The notes: generated by a model from the sequence alone, not told the origin. Counted from the first letter of the whole stretch, positions 8,893-19,053 are shown. The stretch is 63,925 bases of DNA, filler included, from Acetivibrio sp. (GCF_035371925.1; 3 parts of 3 records of this genome joined end to end with filler, not necessarily neighbours in it); one strand, 5' to 3'. Program-made: numbers and translations.

Positions 8893-9781
8893 AAACTTGG
8901 ATTTTTTTAAAAAGCAATATTTGGACACACCTATTCCGGACGAATTGGATATTGTAGTAAAAAAAGCATTGAAAGATGGGAGAGATTATAGGATGAAAAG
9001 GAATAAATTAATAAAAAGAACAAGTGTGGCGGCAGCTTTAGTTGTTGCTTCCGTAGGATTACTTACAGTTGGGATAAATAGCAGTCCGGCCTTTGCATCC
9101 ACCTTGGGAAAAGTCCCGATTGTAAGGGGAATAGTAAAAGTACTTACTTTTAAAGAGTATACTGTAAATGAAGACAGATTTAAAGCAGACATTAAAGTTC
9201 CATCTATACAAGGCTTGGAAAACAAGGAATTGGAAAATAGCCTGAATGAAAAATACCTTGAGGAAAATAAAAAGCTGTATAAACAGTTTATGGCTGATAT
9301 GGAGAGCATGAAGGAAGGTGAAGGCTATCTCGGTGTGGACAGCGGGTATGTTGTGAAAACCGATACGGACAGGATATTGTCTATAGGACGATATTTTGAT
9401 AATATTATGGCTTCTTCTTCAACGGTATTCAAATACGATACCATAGACAAGGAGAAAGGGATTTTAATAACTCTGCCCAGCTTGTTTAAAGATGACAGTT
9501 ATGTAGAAATCATAAGTGAAAACATAAAAAATCAGATGAGGGAGAGAATGAAAGCCGACGATGGCTTTATTTACTGGGTGGACGTCGATGAGGATGAAGA
9601 ATTTATTGAACCGTTTGACAAAATTTCCGAAAATCAAAACTTCTACATCACCGAAGAAGGTAAATTGGTAATATCATTCGACAAATATGAAGTTGGACCG
9701 GGATACATGGGAATTCAAGAGTTTGAGATTCCAACAGAGGTGATATCCGATATCCTGGTTGGCAATGAGTATATTAAGTAA
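8882..9781 (+). CDS. rsiV: Anti-sigma-V factor RsiV-like (DUF4163/DUF3298)
   Basis: N-terminal YLDTPIPDEL, TM, then NSSPAFASTLGKVPIV...; C-terminal NFYITEEGKLVISFDKYEVGPGYMG. Confidence 0.85.
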   Translation: MKDKNLDFFKKQYLDTPIPDELDIVVKKALKDGRDYRMKRNKLIKRTSVAAALVVASVGLLTVGINSSPAFASTLGKVPIVRGIVKVLTFKEYTVNEDRFKADIKVPSIQGLENKELENSLNEKYLEENKKLYKQFMADMESMKEGEGYLGVDSGYVVKTDTDRILSIGRYFDNIMASSSTVFKYDTIDKEKGILITLPSLFKDDSYVEIISENIKNQMRERMKADDGFIYWVDVDEDEEFIEPFDKISENQNFYITEEGKLVISFDKYEVGPGYMGIQEFEIPTEVISDILVGNEYIK

Positions 9782-9800
9782 ATAATATGACAAGAGGTAT

Positions 9801-9839
9801 AAAAAGTGGGTTGCCGTTGATTTGGCAACTCATTTTTTT
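9801..9839 (+). terminator. Intrinsic terminator of sigV-rsiV
   Basis: GTGGGTTGCC / GGCAACTCAT stem followed by a T tract. Confidence 0.7.
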
Positions 9840-9887
9840 ATGTTTATTAAGGATAAAAATACTCTTTGACAAATTTTAAATTTTTGC

Positions 9888-9943
9888 TTGACATATTAGG
9901 TCTAATGCAATAGACTTAAATTAGGTCTACTAAGATAAACCTA
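9888..9943 (+). promoter_or_regulatory. SigA-type promoter overlapped by two tandem BlaI-type operators
   Basis: TTGACA (9888-9893), 17 nt, TAGACT (9911-9916); palindromes AGGTCTA-N6-TAGACTT (9898-9917) and AGGTCTA-N6-TAAACCT (9923-9942), 25 bp apart. Confidence 0.7.
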
Positions 9944-9956
9944 AGGGGGTAATTAA

Positions 9957-10316
9957 ATGGAGAAATATAAGCTGTTTGATGCGGAATATAAATTCGTCAG
10001 CATTGTGTGGGACAACGAGCCTGTCAATTCCACGGAGCTTGTAAAACTGTGCGCGGATAAACTTGGCTGGAAAAAATCAACCACCTACACTGTTCTAAAA
10101 AAGCTTTGCGAGCGGGGTATTTTGCAAAACAGGGATGCAACCGTTACTTCGTTGGTTAAGCGTGAGGAAGTACAGAAATATGAAAGCAGAGCCATGCTGG
10201 AGAGAACCTTTGAAGGTTCGCTGCCAAAATTTTTGACTGCTTTTTTGAGCGACCGAAAGCTTTCCGAACAGGAAGCGGAGGAACTTAAGCGGATTATAGA
10301 GGAGGCGGTGAAATGA
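9957..10316 (+). CDS. BlaI/MecI/CopY family repressor
   Basis: LFDAEYKFVSIVW...LGWKKSTTYTVLKKLCERG...FEGSLPKFLTAFL...EELKRII. Confidence 0.93.
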   Translation: MEKYKLFDAEYKFVSIVWDNEPVNSTELVKLCADKLGWKKSTTYTVLKKLCERGILQNRDATVTSLVKREEVQKYESRAMLERTFEGSLPKFLTAFLSDRKLSEQEAEELKRIIEEAVK

Positions 10317-12868
10317 GTTTTTTACAAGATTTATTTTTAGCTATTGCAAACATGAGTATTACTGCATCCTATGTGGCCATTGGCGTTATCCTTCTCCGTT
10401 TTCTTTTTAAAAAAGCTCCGAAGATTTTTTCCTATATTCTTTGGATGCCTCTTCTTTTCCGCCTGGTATGCCCATTTTCCTTTGAATCGGCTCTTAGCCT
10501 TTTCAATCTGATAAGCTTAAATACCAAGCCGAAAAGCGGAGTATCCCCATATGTACCGCAAACTATGGGACAGATTCCGGTACCTTATGTACCTGCCGGT
10601 GCAGGGAGTGTCGAAGGCGCGGTGAATGCTTCTGTTCCTGTCGCTGCCTCGGCGGCAAGCATAAATCCCATGGACATATGGATAACTGTTTTTAGTCTTG
10701 TCTGGATTTTGGGTGTTATTGCATTGCTGGTTTATAGCATTTTTTCTTATGCAAAAATCAAAAGAAAGCTTGAGACTGCAACTTTGGTGGAGGGCAATGT
10801 TTTTGAGACCGATGCCATAGGTACAGCTTTTGTGTGCGGTTTTATCCGTCCGAGAATCTATGTTCCCACAGATATTGGGGGTGCTAATTTGTCGTACATA
10901 TTGGAACACGAGCGGACTCATATCCGCAGGAAGGATTATCTTATAAAGCTGATTGCTTTTCTTGCCCTAATTCTTCACTGGTTCAATCCCCTGATGTGGT
11001 TGTGTTTTGTTCTTATGAACCGGGATATGGAAATGTCCTGCGATGAAAGTGTGCTTCAGAGGCTGGGTGAAGGTGCGAAGGGCGGTTATTCGAATTCGCT
11101 CCTGTCGATGTCTGTTAAAGGAAAAGGGGTTTTAGCGGCGGCTCCCTTGGCCTTTGGCGAGAGCAATGTAAAGAGCAGGATAAAAAATGTACTCAATTTC
11201 AAGAAACCTAAGTTTTGGGTTGTAATAGTTGCGGTTGCAGCTGTTCTCACAGCTTCGATTGTTTTTGCCACAAATGCATCTAAGGAGGGAACGGTTTCGG
11301 CAAAAGACAGAAGAAAACTTACGGAAGTTGTCAGCGAATACTACAAAAAATCGGATCCGGCCAACAACGGCTCTCTTATAATTTATAACATAAAAAATAG
11401 TGACAGCGGCTACTTGGTATTAACCGAAAAATACTTAGGAGAAGGCGAAAATTTTTCCCTTTTGTTTTTAATAGATTATGATTTTAATATAGTGGCGAAA
11501 GCTTCGGGAAATATGCCTATAAGTCCGTGTTTTTCGGCAAATTTGGCGGAGTATCAAGGGAAGAGCATAGTATACGGCAATTTTGATAAAAAGAAATGGG
11601 AATGGGAAACCGATACTGTGGTAGATGTTCAAATTGACAGTATTAAAATATTCTTTAATGATGGTTCCATAATTGAAGAAGCGGTTTCTATGGATAAGGG
11701 ATATATAGTTGTTGCAGATACCACGGCAGGGATAAAGAATATTGAGCTATACAACAAAAAGGGAGAGCTTCAAAGCAATTTAAATGACACTATTTTAAAT
11801 CAACAGGATTTTATAAAAGTGGGGAGCGATACTGCATTCCATAAAGATGATGAAAGTGACGCAAATACCCAGTTTGACAAAAGCAAGGCGGAGAGTTATC
11901 AGCTTGCAACTGTTGTAATTCAGGACTGTCTTGCAAAGGCAGGGCCCGGTGAAAACTACAAGAGCATGGGCGAACTGGAGTATGGTGATATTGTCAGGAT
12001 AACCGGCAAATATGAGAATTGGGTTCTTTGCTCTGCTGACAGGATACCGGGGGAATTTTGGATTGAAAATAGCAATTTAATCGATGAAAAAAAGCACACA
12101 GAAAGCAATTTTGGAATCATTACGGCAGATAGTGTAAAAGTCGGCTCGGCAGTGGAAGACAAAGGAAACTTGGTGAGAATATTAATAATAGATGAGGACA
12201 GGACATGGGTTGTTGCTTTAGGTACCGATACGGACGTGCCTGAGGTTGGATGGATTAAAAACAGGGATTATATTCTTGCTAAAGATGTTAAAGAGGGAAT
12301 TTATTTTAGAGAGGCTTTTTTGAAGAAGGGAACGGTAATCTATGATAACTATTCTTCTTATGCAAATGCTTCTCGAACAACAGACACAGAACTTTTGGTC
12401 AAGATTGAAAAAGAGATAAACGGATGGGTTTTGATTCTTGGCGATTATACTTATGACAGAGTAGTCGGCTGGGTGAAAAAAGAAGACATCTTTATTCCAA
12501 TGCCTTATGTAATGACGGATGAAGAACAGAAAGCTTTTCAAGTAGTGCAAGAGTATTTTGCAGCTTTTGAGATAGCTGATTATGATACAATGCGCATCCT
12601 AAGTACGGAAAACCATAATAATAATTTTGTTCACGACGGCGATGTGTGGGGAATGAAATGGGCTAAAGCAAAGAAAATAGAATTGGTAGAAGATGCGCGT
12701 TTTTTACGTATTGAAAACTCCGATTCGGTTTTAGTATTTATTGTATCGGTTGATATGGAGACTGTAGAAACATCTGCTCAATATCCGTCAACGCAAACTA
12801 CTTTTTACGTTGTGGTTGTTAAAGGTGATGACGGAAAGTGGCGTGTTGACAGATACGGAACCGGATAA
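10313..12868 (+). CDS. BlaR1-like M56 metallopeptidase sensor with extracellular SH3-like repeats and a DUF4829-like C-terminal domain
   Basis: ILEHERTHIRRKD (HExxH), HWFNPL, EMSCDE, AFGESNVKSRI; later AKAGPGENY...GDIVRITGKYENW (SH3b-like); C-terminal VQEYFAAF...WRVDRYGTG. Confidence 0.88.
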   Translation: MSFLQDLFLAIANMSITASYVAIGVILLRFLFKKAPKIFSYILWMPLLFRLVCPFSFESALSLFNLISLNTKPKSGVSPYVPQTMGQIPVPYVPAGAGSVEGAVNASVPVAASAASINPMDIWITVFSLVWILGVIALLVYSIFSYAKIKRKLETATLVEGNVFETDAIGTAFVCGFIRPRIYVPTDIGGANLSYILEHERTHIRRKDYLIKLIAFLALILHWFNPLMWLCFVLMNRDMEMSCDESVLQRLGEGAKGGYSNSLLSMSVKGKGVLAAAPLAFGESNVKSRIKNVLNFKKPKFWVVIVAVAAVLTASIVFATNASKEGTVSAKDRRKLTEVVSEYYKKSDPANNGSLIIYNIKNSDSGYLVLTEKYLGEGENFSLLFLIDYDFNIVAKASGNMPISPCFSANLAEYQGKSIVYGNFDKKKWEWETDTVVDVQIDSIKIFFNDGSIIEEAVSMDKGYIVVADTTAGIKNIELYNKKGELQSNLNDTILNQQDFIKVGSDTAFHKDDESDANTQFDKSKAESYQLATVVIQDCLAKAGPGENYKSMGELEYGDIVRITGKYENWVLCSADRIPGEFWIENSNLIDEKKHTESNFGIITADSVKVGSAVEDKGNLVRILIIDEDRTWVVALGTDTDVPEVGWIKNRDYILAKDVKEGIYFREAFLKKGTVIYDNYSSYANASRTTDTELLVKIEKEINGWVLILGDYTYDRVVGWVKKEDIFIPMPYVMTDEEQKAFQVVQEYFAAFEIADYDTMRILSTENHNNNFVHDGDVWGMKWAKAKKIELVEDARFLRIENSDSVLVFIVSVDMETVETSAQYPSTQTTFYVVVVKGDDGKWRVDRYGTG

Positions 12869-12878
12869 AAGCGGTATT

Positions 12879-13026
12879 ATGACGAATGTGTATTTTGCAA
12901 GGCATGCGGAACCGATGATGGTTTTGAAAAAATGAGAATGATAATGCCTGGATTGTAAAAATGCAGCTTAGGAAAAATACTTGTCGAAATATTGCAAAAA
13001 TAGATATTTTATCCTTGTTTTATTAA
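12879..13026 (+). pseudogene. Internally deleted histidine phosphatase family remnant
   Basis: MTNVYFARHAEP (RHA catalytic-loop N-terminus) joined by frameshift to DGFEKMRMIM-WIVKMQLRKNTCRNIAKIDIL, which resembles the C-terminus of the same family. Confidence 0.5.
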
Positions 13027-13173
13027 AAAACCGATATATGTTGATTTTACCCCCATAAACGAATATAATTAATTTATAAATGTTATTATTTTAAAAAATA
13101 TATGTCGGTTTTGGGACATCCTGTCGAATAAAGCAGCGCTTGGTGCGTATTCAATAGTTTATGGGGGAGTTTA

Positions 13174-13764
13174 ATGGAAAAGTTTTATATTTATATTGTT
13201 CTTACAAGGACAAATACAATGATATCCAGGCTCATTCAATTTTTCAAAAGAGATGAATTTACCCACGCTGCTATTTCTATGGATAGAGATCTTGCAAACA
13301 TGTATAGCTTCGGAAGGAAATATGTGTTCAATCCCTTCATTGGTGTATTTAAGCATGAGAATTTAAACAAAGGTACGTATAAGTACTGTAAAGTGTTGCC
13401 CGGTGCAGTAATTGAGCTCGAGGTTACAAAACAGCAGTACAAAAGGGCAAAAACCTTGCTGGAGTATTTTATTTCCAATGCCAGCCGGTATAAGTATAAT
13501 TATATGGGGCTTATAAATAGTTTAATAAACAGGGAATCATGCCACGATTCAAGATTTGTTTGCTCTGAATTTGTATACTATATCTTGAATGAAAGCGGCA
13601 TTGCAGACTTTAAAATATCAAGAAATCTTGTCAGGCCTCAAAATCTCCTCAAATTAGAGGGACGAATAATATATATAGGCGATCTAAAAAATTCAAAATT
13701 GTTAAAGAAATGCTTAAGAAATCGGAGAATATATGCCAATCAAAAATTATCCGCTGCATTGTAA
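13174..13764 (+). CDS. Permuted papain-like (YiiX/NlpC-P60-type) enzyme
   Basis: His precedes Cys: FTHAAIS ... YSFG ... YNYMGL ... FVCSEFVYYIL. Confidence 0.7.
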   Translation: MEKFYIYIVLTRTNTMISRLIQFFKRDEFTHAAISMDRDLANMYSFGRKYVFNPFIGVFKHENLNKGTYKYCKVLPGAVIELEVTKQQYKRAKTLLEYFISNASRYKYNYMGLINSLINRESCHDSRFVCSEFVYYILNESGIADFKISRNLVRPQNLLKLEGRIIYIGDLKNSKLLKKCLRNRRIYANQKLSAAL

Positions 13765-13933
13765 TATGATTTTAAAATATTAATATTGCAAATGTGTCCA
13801 ATGTTTGACATTATGTCTATATTTTGCTTTGTTATTTTTTTAACGAAAAAATTAAATTTCTTTTCGAAAAAGTGGTATTATATTAATAGCAGTTATAATT
13901 CAATATATAAAATACAGTTTAGAGGTGTTTAAT

Positions 13934-14707
13934 ATGCAGAAAAGAAATTTGTTTTCCTTAGAAGGTAGGGTTGCAGTAGTAACGGGAGCTTCATCGGGAC
14001 TTGGTGTTCAAATGGCTAAAGCTTTAGCATCTCAGGGCGCTGACATTGTTATTTTGGCAAGACGAAAAGAAAAACTTGAGAAGGTGGCAGAAGAAATTCG
14101 GGCGTTGGGAGTAAAGTGCCTCCCCATAGAATGTGATGTTACAAATATCGATATGATTCGAAGAGCAGCCGAACTTAGTGAGAAAGAGTTTGGAAAGGTT
14201 GACATTTTGATAAACAATGCGGGTGGCGGCGGTATAGCCGCAGCAGAAGAAACTACCGATGAAATGTGGAACAACACAATTAGTGTGGACCTCAATGGCG
14301 TCTTCATGGTTGCGCGGGAATTTGGTAAAATCATGATAAAGAATAACTATGGAAGGATTATTAACATTTCTTCCATATACGGCATGGTTGGAAACATGGC
14401 TCATCCAAGTACCGCTTATCACGCAGCCAAAGGCGGTGTGGTAAATATGACAAGGGCATTGGCTGCGGAATGGGCCAAATACGGTATTACGGTGAATGCG
14501 ATATGTCCCGGTTACTTTGTTACGGAGCTTACCGAGGATACTCTGAACACCGAATACTTTACCAATTACATGAAGGCAACTGTGCCGGTAGGACGTTACG
14601 GAAAAGAAGGAGAGCTGGATTCAACTGCTGTTTATCTTGCATCTGATGCTTCTTCATATGTTACAGGAGCCATTATACCTGTAGATGGCGGATACACATG
14701 CGTATAA
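13934..14707 (+). CDS. SDR family oxidoreductase (gluconate 5-dehydrogenase-like)
   Basis: TGASSGLG, NNAG, YHAAK (YxxxK), NAICPG; SD GAGGTG before ATG 13934. Confidence 0.93.
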   Translation: MQKRNLFSLEGRVAVVTGASSGLGVQMAKALASQGADIVILARRKEKLEKVAEEIRALGVKCLPIECDVTNIDMIRRAAELSEKEFGKVDILINNAGGGGIAAAEETTDEMWNNTISVDLNGVFMVAREFGKIMIKNNYGRIINISSIYGMVGNMAHPSTAYHAAKGGVVNMTRALAAEWAKYGITVNAICPGYFVTELTEDTLNTEYFTNYMKATVPVGRYGKEGELDSTAVYLASDASSYVTGAIIPVDGGYTCV

Positions 14708-14742
14708 GCTTGAATCTCAATTATTTTTATTAATCTGCAAAT

Positions 14743-14800
14743 AAACAAACTCCTCCTTGGCTTTGCTATTTACAATTCCAGCCAGGGGGGAGTTGTTTAT
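14743..14800. terminator. Bidirectional terminator between convergent genes
   Basis: AAACAAACTCCTCCTTGGCT ... AGCCAGGGGGAGTTGTTT long stem flanked by A and T tracts. Confidence 0.6.
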
Positions 14801-14873
14801 TTTATCATACAGATGTACTTAAGCCGGTTATTCTAAAGAATCAATAACGTTTAGCAAATCATCAATTCAAAAA

Positions 14874-16823
14874 CTAATAAATTGAGTAAACGGCAATACC
14901 GTTATTGTTGTACTTTGTCACAAAATTTTGATTGAGGAATTCCTCGTTTACCGTGTATTCTTGGCTTTGCCTTAGCTCGGGACTGACCACAATGTAGTCG
15001 ATGCCTTCCTGCTCTATTATATTTTTTATTTTTTCAAAGCTCTCTTCGCCTCTTAATATGATGTTTAGATTATTGAACCGTTCGTTGAGCTTGTAAGCCG
15101 AATCGGCTGCATTATGTACATACATTTTTCCGCCTGCCATAAGTATGTTGGATACTGCATTATCATAATATTGTATGGTTGGGAGGGTGAGGAAAACGGA
15201 GCCCGGTTCGGTGTTCTCAATAATCCACTGTGTAAATTCCGATTTGTCTGCCACATTGACTTTGGGTAGATTTTTGACAGACATTAAGTCCAGTACTCCC
15301 GCGACCATAAGGCTGACACAAAGGATAACGGATATGAATTTTAGTATTAAGTTTTTTTGTTGGAAAAGCTCCACTAAATAGTAGGCAGCCAGACAATTTA
15401 TAAATATGAGCGCAGAAATCATGAGTTTGCTGTTGTCGTACAATATTACGCCAAGCTGCAGTAAATTGGCCAGTATGAACGGTACTGAGAGAATAAAAAA
15501 CAGTATTCTTTTTCTGTTGGGTATAATAATAAATGCTATGACAACAATAATTAATTTTAAACCGAATACTTTAAAATAATAGTCTGTCAATTTAAATATG
15601 TCAAAGTGTCCAACCTCGTAACCTATATGAAGTTTGGGATATTCATTCAGGCTCGATGCGCCGGACTTAAATCTGAGAAGCTGCGGCAGTGAGACAAGAC
15701 CTGCAATGGCAGTGGTGACAAACATTGGCTGAAAGATTTCTTTTTTTCTTATATTTACAATAGTATATAGTCCCAAAAATGAGAGCAGGGCTGTGTTTAC
15801 AACGGAATTCCAGTAAGGTACGATACCTACTGTAACACCGATTAAACAGCTTGACAAAAGCCATGAATAATTGCTGCGTTGATTCGATACAGTGCTTTTA
15901 ACTTCCGGCGGTTCCGAATTTTTCATATCTTTTTCATAAACCGAAATCACATATGTAACAACAAAGACAAGGAGTGCCAAAGAAAAGGCAAAGTGTCTCT
16001 GATTTACAAAAACGTTCAGATTAAAAAGACCCCAGCCTTCAAACACAGTCATGGACAGCCATCCGGTTTTTTCGTATATTTTCTTAAACATATCCCAGCC
16101 CAAATTATCGACAACCCATTTTAATCCGCTTAATGAACTGTGGAACAATAAAAAGAGTGCACCGAGTATTCCTACGGCATCATTTTTAAATACTGTTCTT
16201 CCGAACTGAAATATCATTAACAGCAAAAAGGAAAGGCTTAAAGAACACATAAGGTTTAAAGCATGAACCGAATGTAAACCTGTCTGGGATATTTTACCCA
16301 CATAGTAATCAAATAAAAAATGATATTTTACCGGGGTGTTGGCATAAAAAATATGCTCGACAGGAATGTTTTGACCAAGGCTTATGGAACGGACAAATCC
16401 GTTGTGAAGAGTCAAATCGCTCCATGCGCCTCCGGACATGGTTATGCTTCCGTTCGACAGGCTGAAGGTGTTGTAATTAAACCAAATTGAAAACAAAGCA
16501 AAAGCGATAAAGCAAATTACCGCAACTTTGTCATAACAGAATCTTTTTATTGTGTCAACAAACTCTTTATCTATTTCGGTTTCTGTCTTGTACGCATATG
16601 CGATAAAGGCAGCAGATATTACAAGATATACTATATTGCTGATATAATAGTTGTTCAGAGTTTTTGCAAATAATATATCCAGCCAGTATAGCAGTGTGCC
16701 GGAGAAAAGAGAACCGACAAGAAAGGAACCGGAGAGCATCATAATCGGGGATTTTATTTCAGTAAACTTTTTCAACAGACAAAATCCCGTCAAGAATGAT
16801 GCTAATAACAGAAAAATAAACAT
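14874..16823 (-). CDS. Polytopic membrane protein, GT-C-like glycosyltransferase candidate
   Basis: About 12 TM segments; first outer loop WSDLTLH...G...P...YHFLFDY typical of lipid-linked-sugar transferases; soluble C-terminal domain. Confidence 0.6.
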   Translation of the reverse strand: MFIFLLLASFLTGFCLLKKFTEIKSPIMMLSGSFLVGSLFSGTLLYWLDILFAKTLNNYYISNIVYLVISAAFIAYAYKTETEIDKEFVDTIKRFCYDKVAVICFIAFALFSIWFNYNTFSLSNGSITMSGGAWSDLTLHNGFVRSISLGQNIPVEHIFYANTPVKYHFLFDYYVGKISQTGLHSVHALNLMCSLSLSFLLLMIFQFGRTVFKNDAVGILGALFLLFHSSLSGLKWVVDNLGWDMFKKIYEKTGWLSMTVFEGWGLFNLNVFVNQRHFAFSLALLVFVVTYVISVYEKDMKNSEPPEVKSTVSNQRSNYSWLLSSCLIGVTVGIVPYWNSVVNTALLSFLGLYTIVNIRKKEIFQPMFVTTAIAGLVSLPQLLRFKSGASSLNEYPKLHIGYEVGHFDIFKLTDYYFKVFGLKLIIVVIAFIIIPNRKRILFFILSVPFILANLLQLGVILYDNSKLMISALIFINCLAAYYLVELFQQKNLILKFISVILCVSLMVAGVLDLMSVKNLPKVNVADKSEFTQWIIENTEPGSVFLTLPTIQYYDNAVSNILMAGGKMYVHNAADSAYKLNERFNNLNIILRGEESFEKIKNIIEQEGIDYIVVSPELRQSQEYTVNEEFLNQNFVTKYNNNGIAVYSIY

Positions 16824-17098
16824 ATTGTCTCACTTCCCAACATATAAGATTTTGGATACAAATACGTAAACATTTTATCATAATAAGCAAAAAAATAATA
16901 GATTTTGGTCGAATTATATTAATTCAGATTAATATTTCACTATGAAAATCTTTTTCTAACAATATTAACATTTCACTATAAACATTTTGCTTTCTAAAGA
17001 TACAGGCACTTCATAAGAAAGCAATCCAAAAATCCATTAACATAATCATCTGTTCAAGAATATTATGTTACAAAGAATATATTTGGGGTGAGATTTTT

Positions 17099-18115
17099 AT
17101 GTTTGAAGGGGCAAGATACTCATTGGCCTTTTTGGATTTAAACGGATTATATATTGCAGGAATAATAGTTGTATTGGTTGTAATCGCATTAATAATTACA
17201 CTGGCTATTAGGAAAAAACTTTTATCAAGACTTATTTCCGAAATCGATAAACATATTAAGGCGTTGCTCTTTCTAATAGGAATAGGCAAAAAAAACGCAG
17301 ATAAGGAAGAGCTGGATGAATCCTTTGCTATTGCCGGTTATGCCTATGATGAAAAGCAGGACATTTTTTATTCTACAAAAGACGCATGGCAAAGAAAGTT
17401 TGGATATTGCCGCTTATATGACGAGTCAGCGGCGCCTTTGGGAATGATAATAGATTGTGAGCCGATTTATTTTGAATATAACGGCAGGAGATGGTTAATT
17501 GAGTTTTGGAAGGGGCAATACGATTTGCCTACCGGTGCCGAGGTGGGAATATATGTAACAGACAAACCGGATATAAATATTCCGGGTTTGTTTAAGGGAC
17601 CTTTCTTTAATTGTGTAAGCGATGAGGAGTGCTTATGGATGTCGTTTACTTTAAAAAAGAATGGAAAAGTACTTTTTGAGCGCGGAGACAGGCATTGGTG
17701 GTTGACGGGCTTCAGACTCGGCGAATTCTCCCAACCCTGGGAATTGACATTGGAGATTACCATAACATTAAAAGATGAGATGATGTGCTCGGCATTTATT
17801 GAAGGATTGAAAAGAGCGGGATATACCGACAGGGAAATAAAAAGATACGGAAACTCCGTCAGAGTGATATTTAGCAAGCCTCATACTCCCCAACCCCTTA
17901 CAAGGACAGAGATAACCGATGCAATTGTTCAAAGGAAAAACAAACTTTTGTGCGACCTTTATAATGAGGTCACAAAAGGATGCTCTACTCTCGAAGAAAA
18001 GATGGTTGCAATTCAAGAAAATGCACCGGAGTTGTATGAACATATTCTTGGATTGGGAAAACCTCTGGAATTATATGGCTCTTATAAGAAACTTGAAAGA
18101 CACATAAAAGAATAA
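17099..18115 (+). CDS. DUF4474 domain-containing protein with N-terminal TM
   Basis: GYAYDEKQDIFYS..DAWQRKFGYCRLYDE...WLIEFWKGQY...GAEVGIY...HWWLTGF. Confidence 0.85.
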   Translation: MFEGARYSLAFLDLNGLYIAGIIVVLVVIALIITLAIRKKLLSRLISEIDKHIKALLFLIGIGKKNADKEELDESFAIAGYAYDEKQDIFYSTKDAWQRKFGYCRLYDESAAPLGMIIDCEPIYFEYNGRRWLIEFWKGQYDLPTGAEVGIYVTDKPDINIPGLFKGPFFNCVSDEECLWMSFTLKKNGKVLFERGDRHWWLTGFRLGEFSQPWELTLEITITLKDEMMCSAFIEGLKRAGYTDREIKRYGNSVRVIFSKPHTPQPLTRTEITDAIVQRKNKLLCDLYNEVTKGCSTLEEKMVAIQENAPELYEHILGLGKPLELYGSYKKLERHIKE

Positions 18116-18156
18116 ATATTTGGGATAGGGTGTGCGGTATTTGTGGGGTGTTTGAC

Positions 18157-19053
18157 ATGTATGAATTTAAGAGATTATCCGAAGTTTTTCAATCTGCTGA
18201 AGAGATTCCTTTTGATGATTTCTCCAAAATTATTATAATGAGCGATTGTCACAGGGGTGACGGAAGCTGGGCAGACAATTTCAGCAAAAACAAAAACATT
18301 TACTATGCGGCATTAACTTATTACTATCGCAACAATTACACTTATATAGAACTCGGGGATGGGGATGAGTTGTGGGAAAATGACAACATATGCGACATAA
18401 TAAGTGAACACAAAGATGTATTTTCCCTATTGGTTAAATTTATTGACGATGGCAGGGCCCACTTTTTATACGGCAATCACGATATTGAAAAGAGGAAATA
18501 TGCATCAAGGTCCGTAAAAAGAAGAGGTTACCTGTATCTGGATGAAAGCGACAAAAGGATTGTAAACGCATTTTTAAAAACGAAGGTGCACGAAGGTATA
18601 ATTTTGCGCCATAGAGTAACAGGAGATAAAATATTTCTTGTGCACGGCCACCAGGCAGATTTTCCAAATGATGGGTTGTGGATGATAAGCAGGTTTTTGG
18701 TAAGATATTTTTGGAGGCCGCTTGAATTGATTGGAATTCGAGATCCCAACAGCGCCTCCAAAAATCACCGAAAAAAGGCTACTATTACAAACAAGATTGT
18801 TGACTGGGTAAAAGCAAACAATCAGATGATTATTGCAGGCCACACTCACAGAGCAGTATTTCCGGAGGTTGGCCGTCCGCCGTATTTCAATGACGGATGC
18901 TGTGTTCACCCTTATGGCATAACTGGAATAGAGATTGCATCCGGGAAGATAGCGCTTGTCAAATGGAGTGTAAAAACCAAAGAGGATGGCACATTGTACG
19001 TAGGCAGGGATGAAATGGAGAAACCGGTAAAATTAAAAGAATTTTTCAAATAG
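18157..19053 (+). CDS. Calcineurin-like metallophosphoesterase
   Basis: SDCH, LGDGDELW, GNHD, VHGH, GHTH motifs. Confidence 0.88.
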   Translation: MYEFKRLSEVFQSAEEIPFDDFSKIIIMSDCHRGDGSWADNFSKNKNIYYAALTYYYRNNYTYIELGDGDELWENDNICDIISEHKDVFSLLVKFIDDGRAHFLYGNHDIEKRKYASRSVKRRGYLYLDESDKRIVNAFLKTKVHEGIILRHRVTGDKIFLVHGHQADFPNDGLWMISRFLVRYFWRPLELIGIRDPNSASKNHRKKATITNKIVDWVKANNQMIIAGHTHRAVFPEVGRPPYFNDGCCVHPYGITGIEIASGKIALVKWSVKTKEDGTLYVGRDEMEKPVKLKEFFK

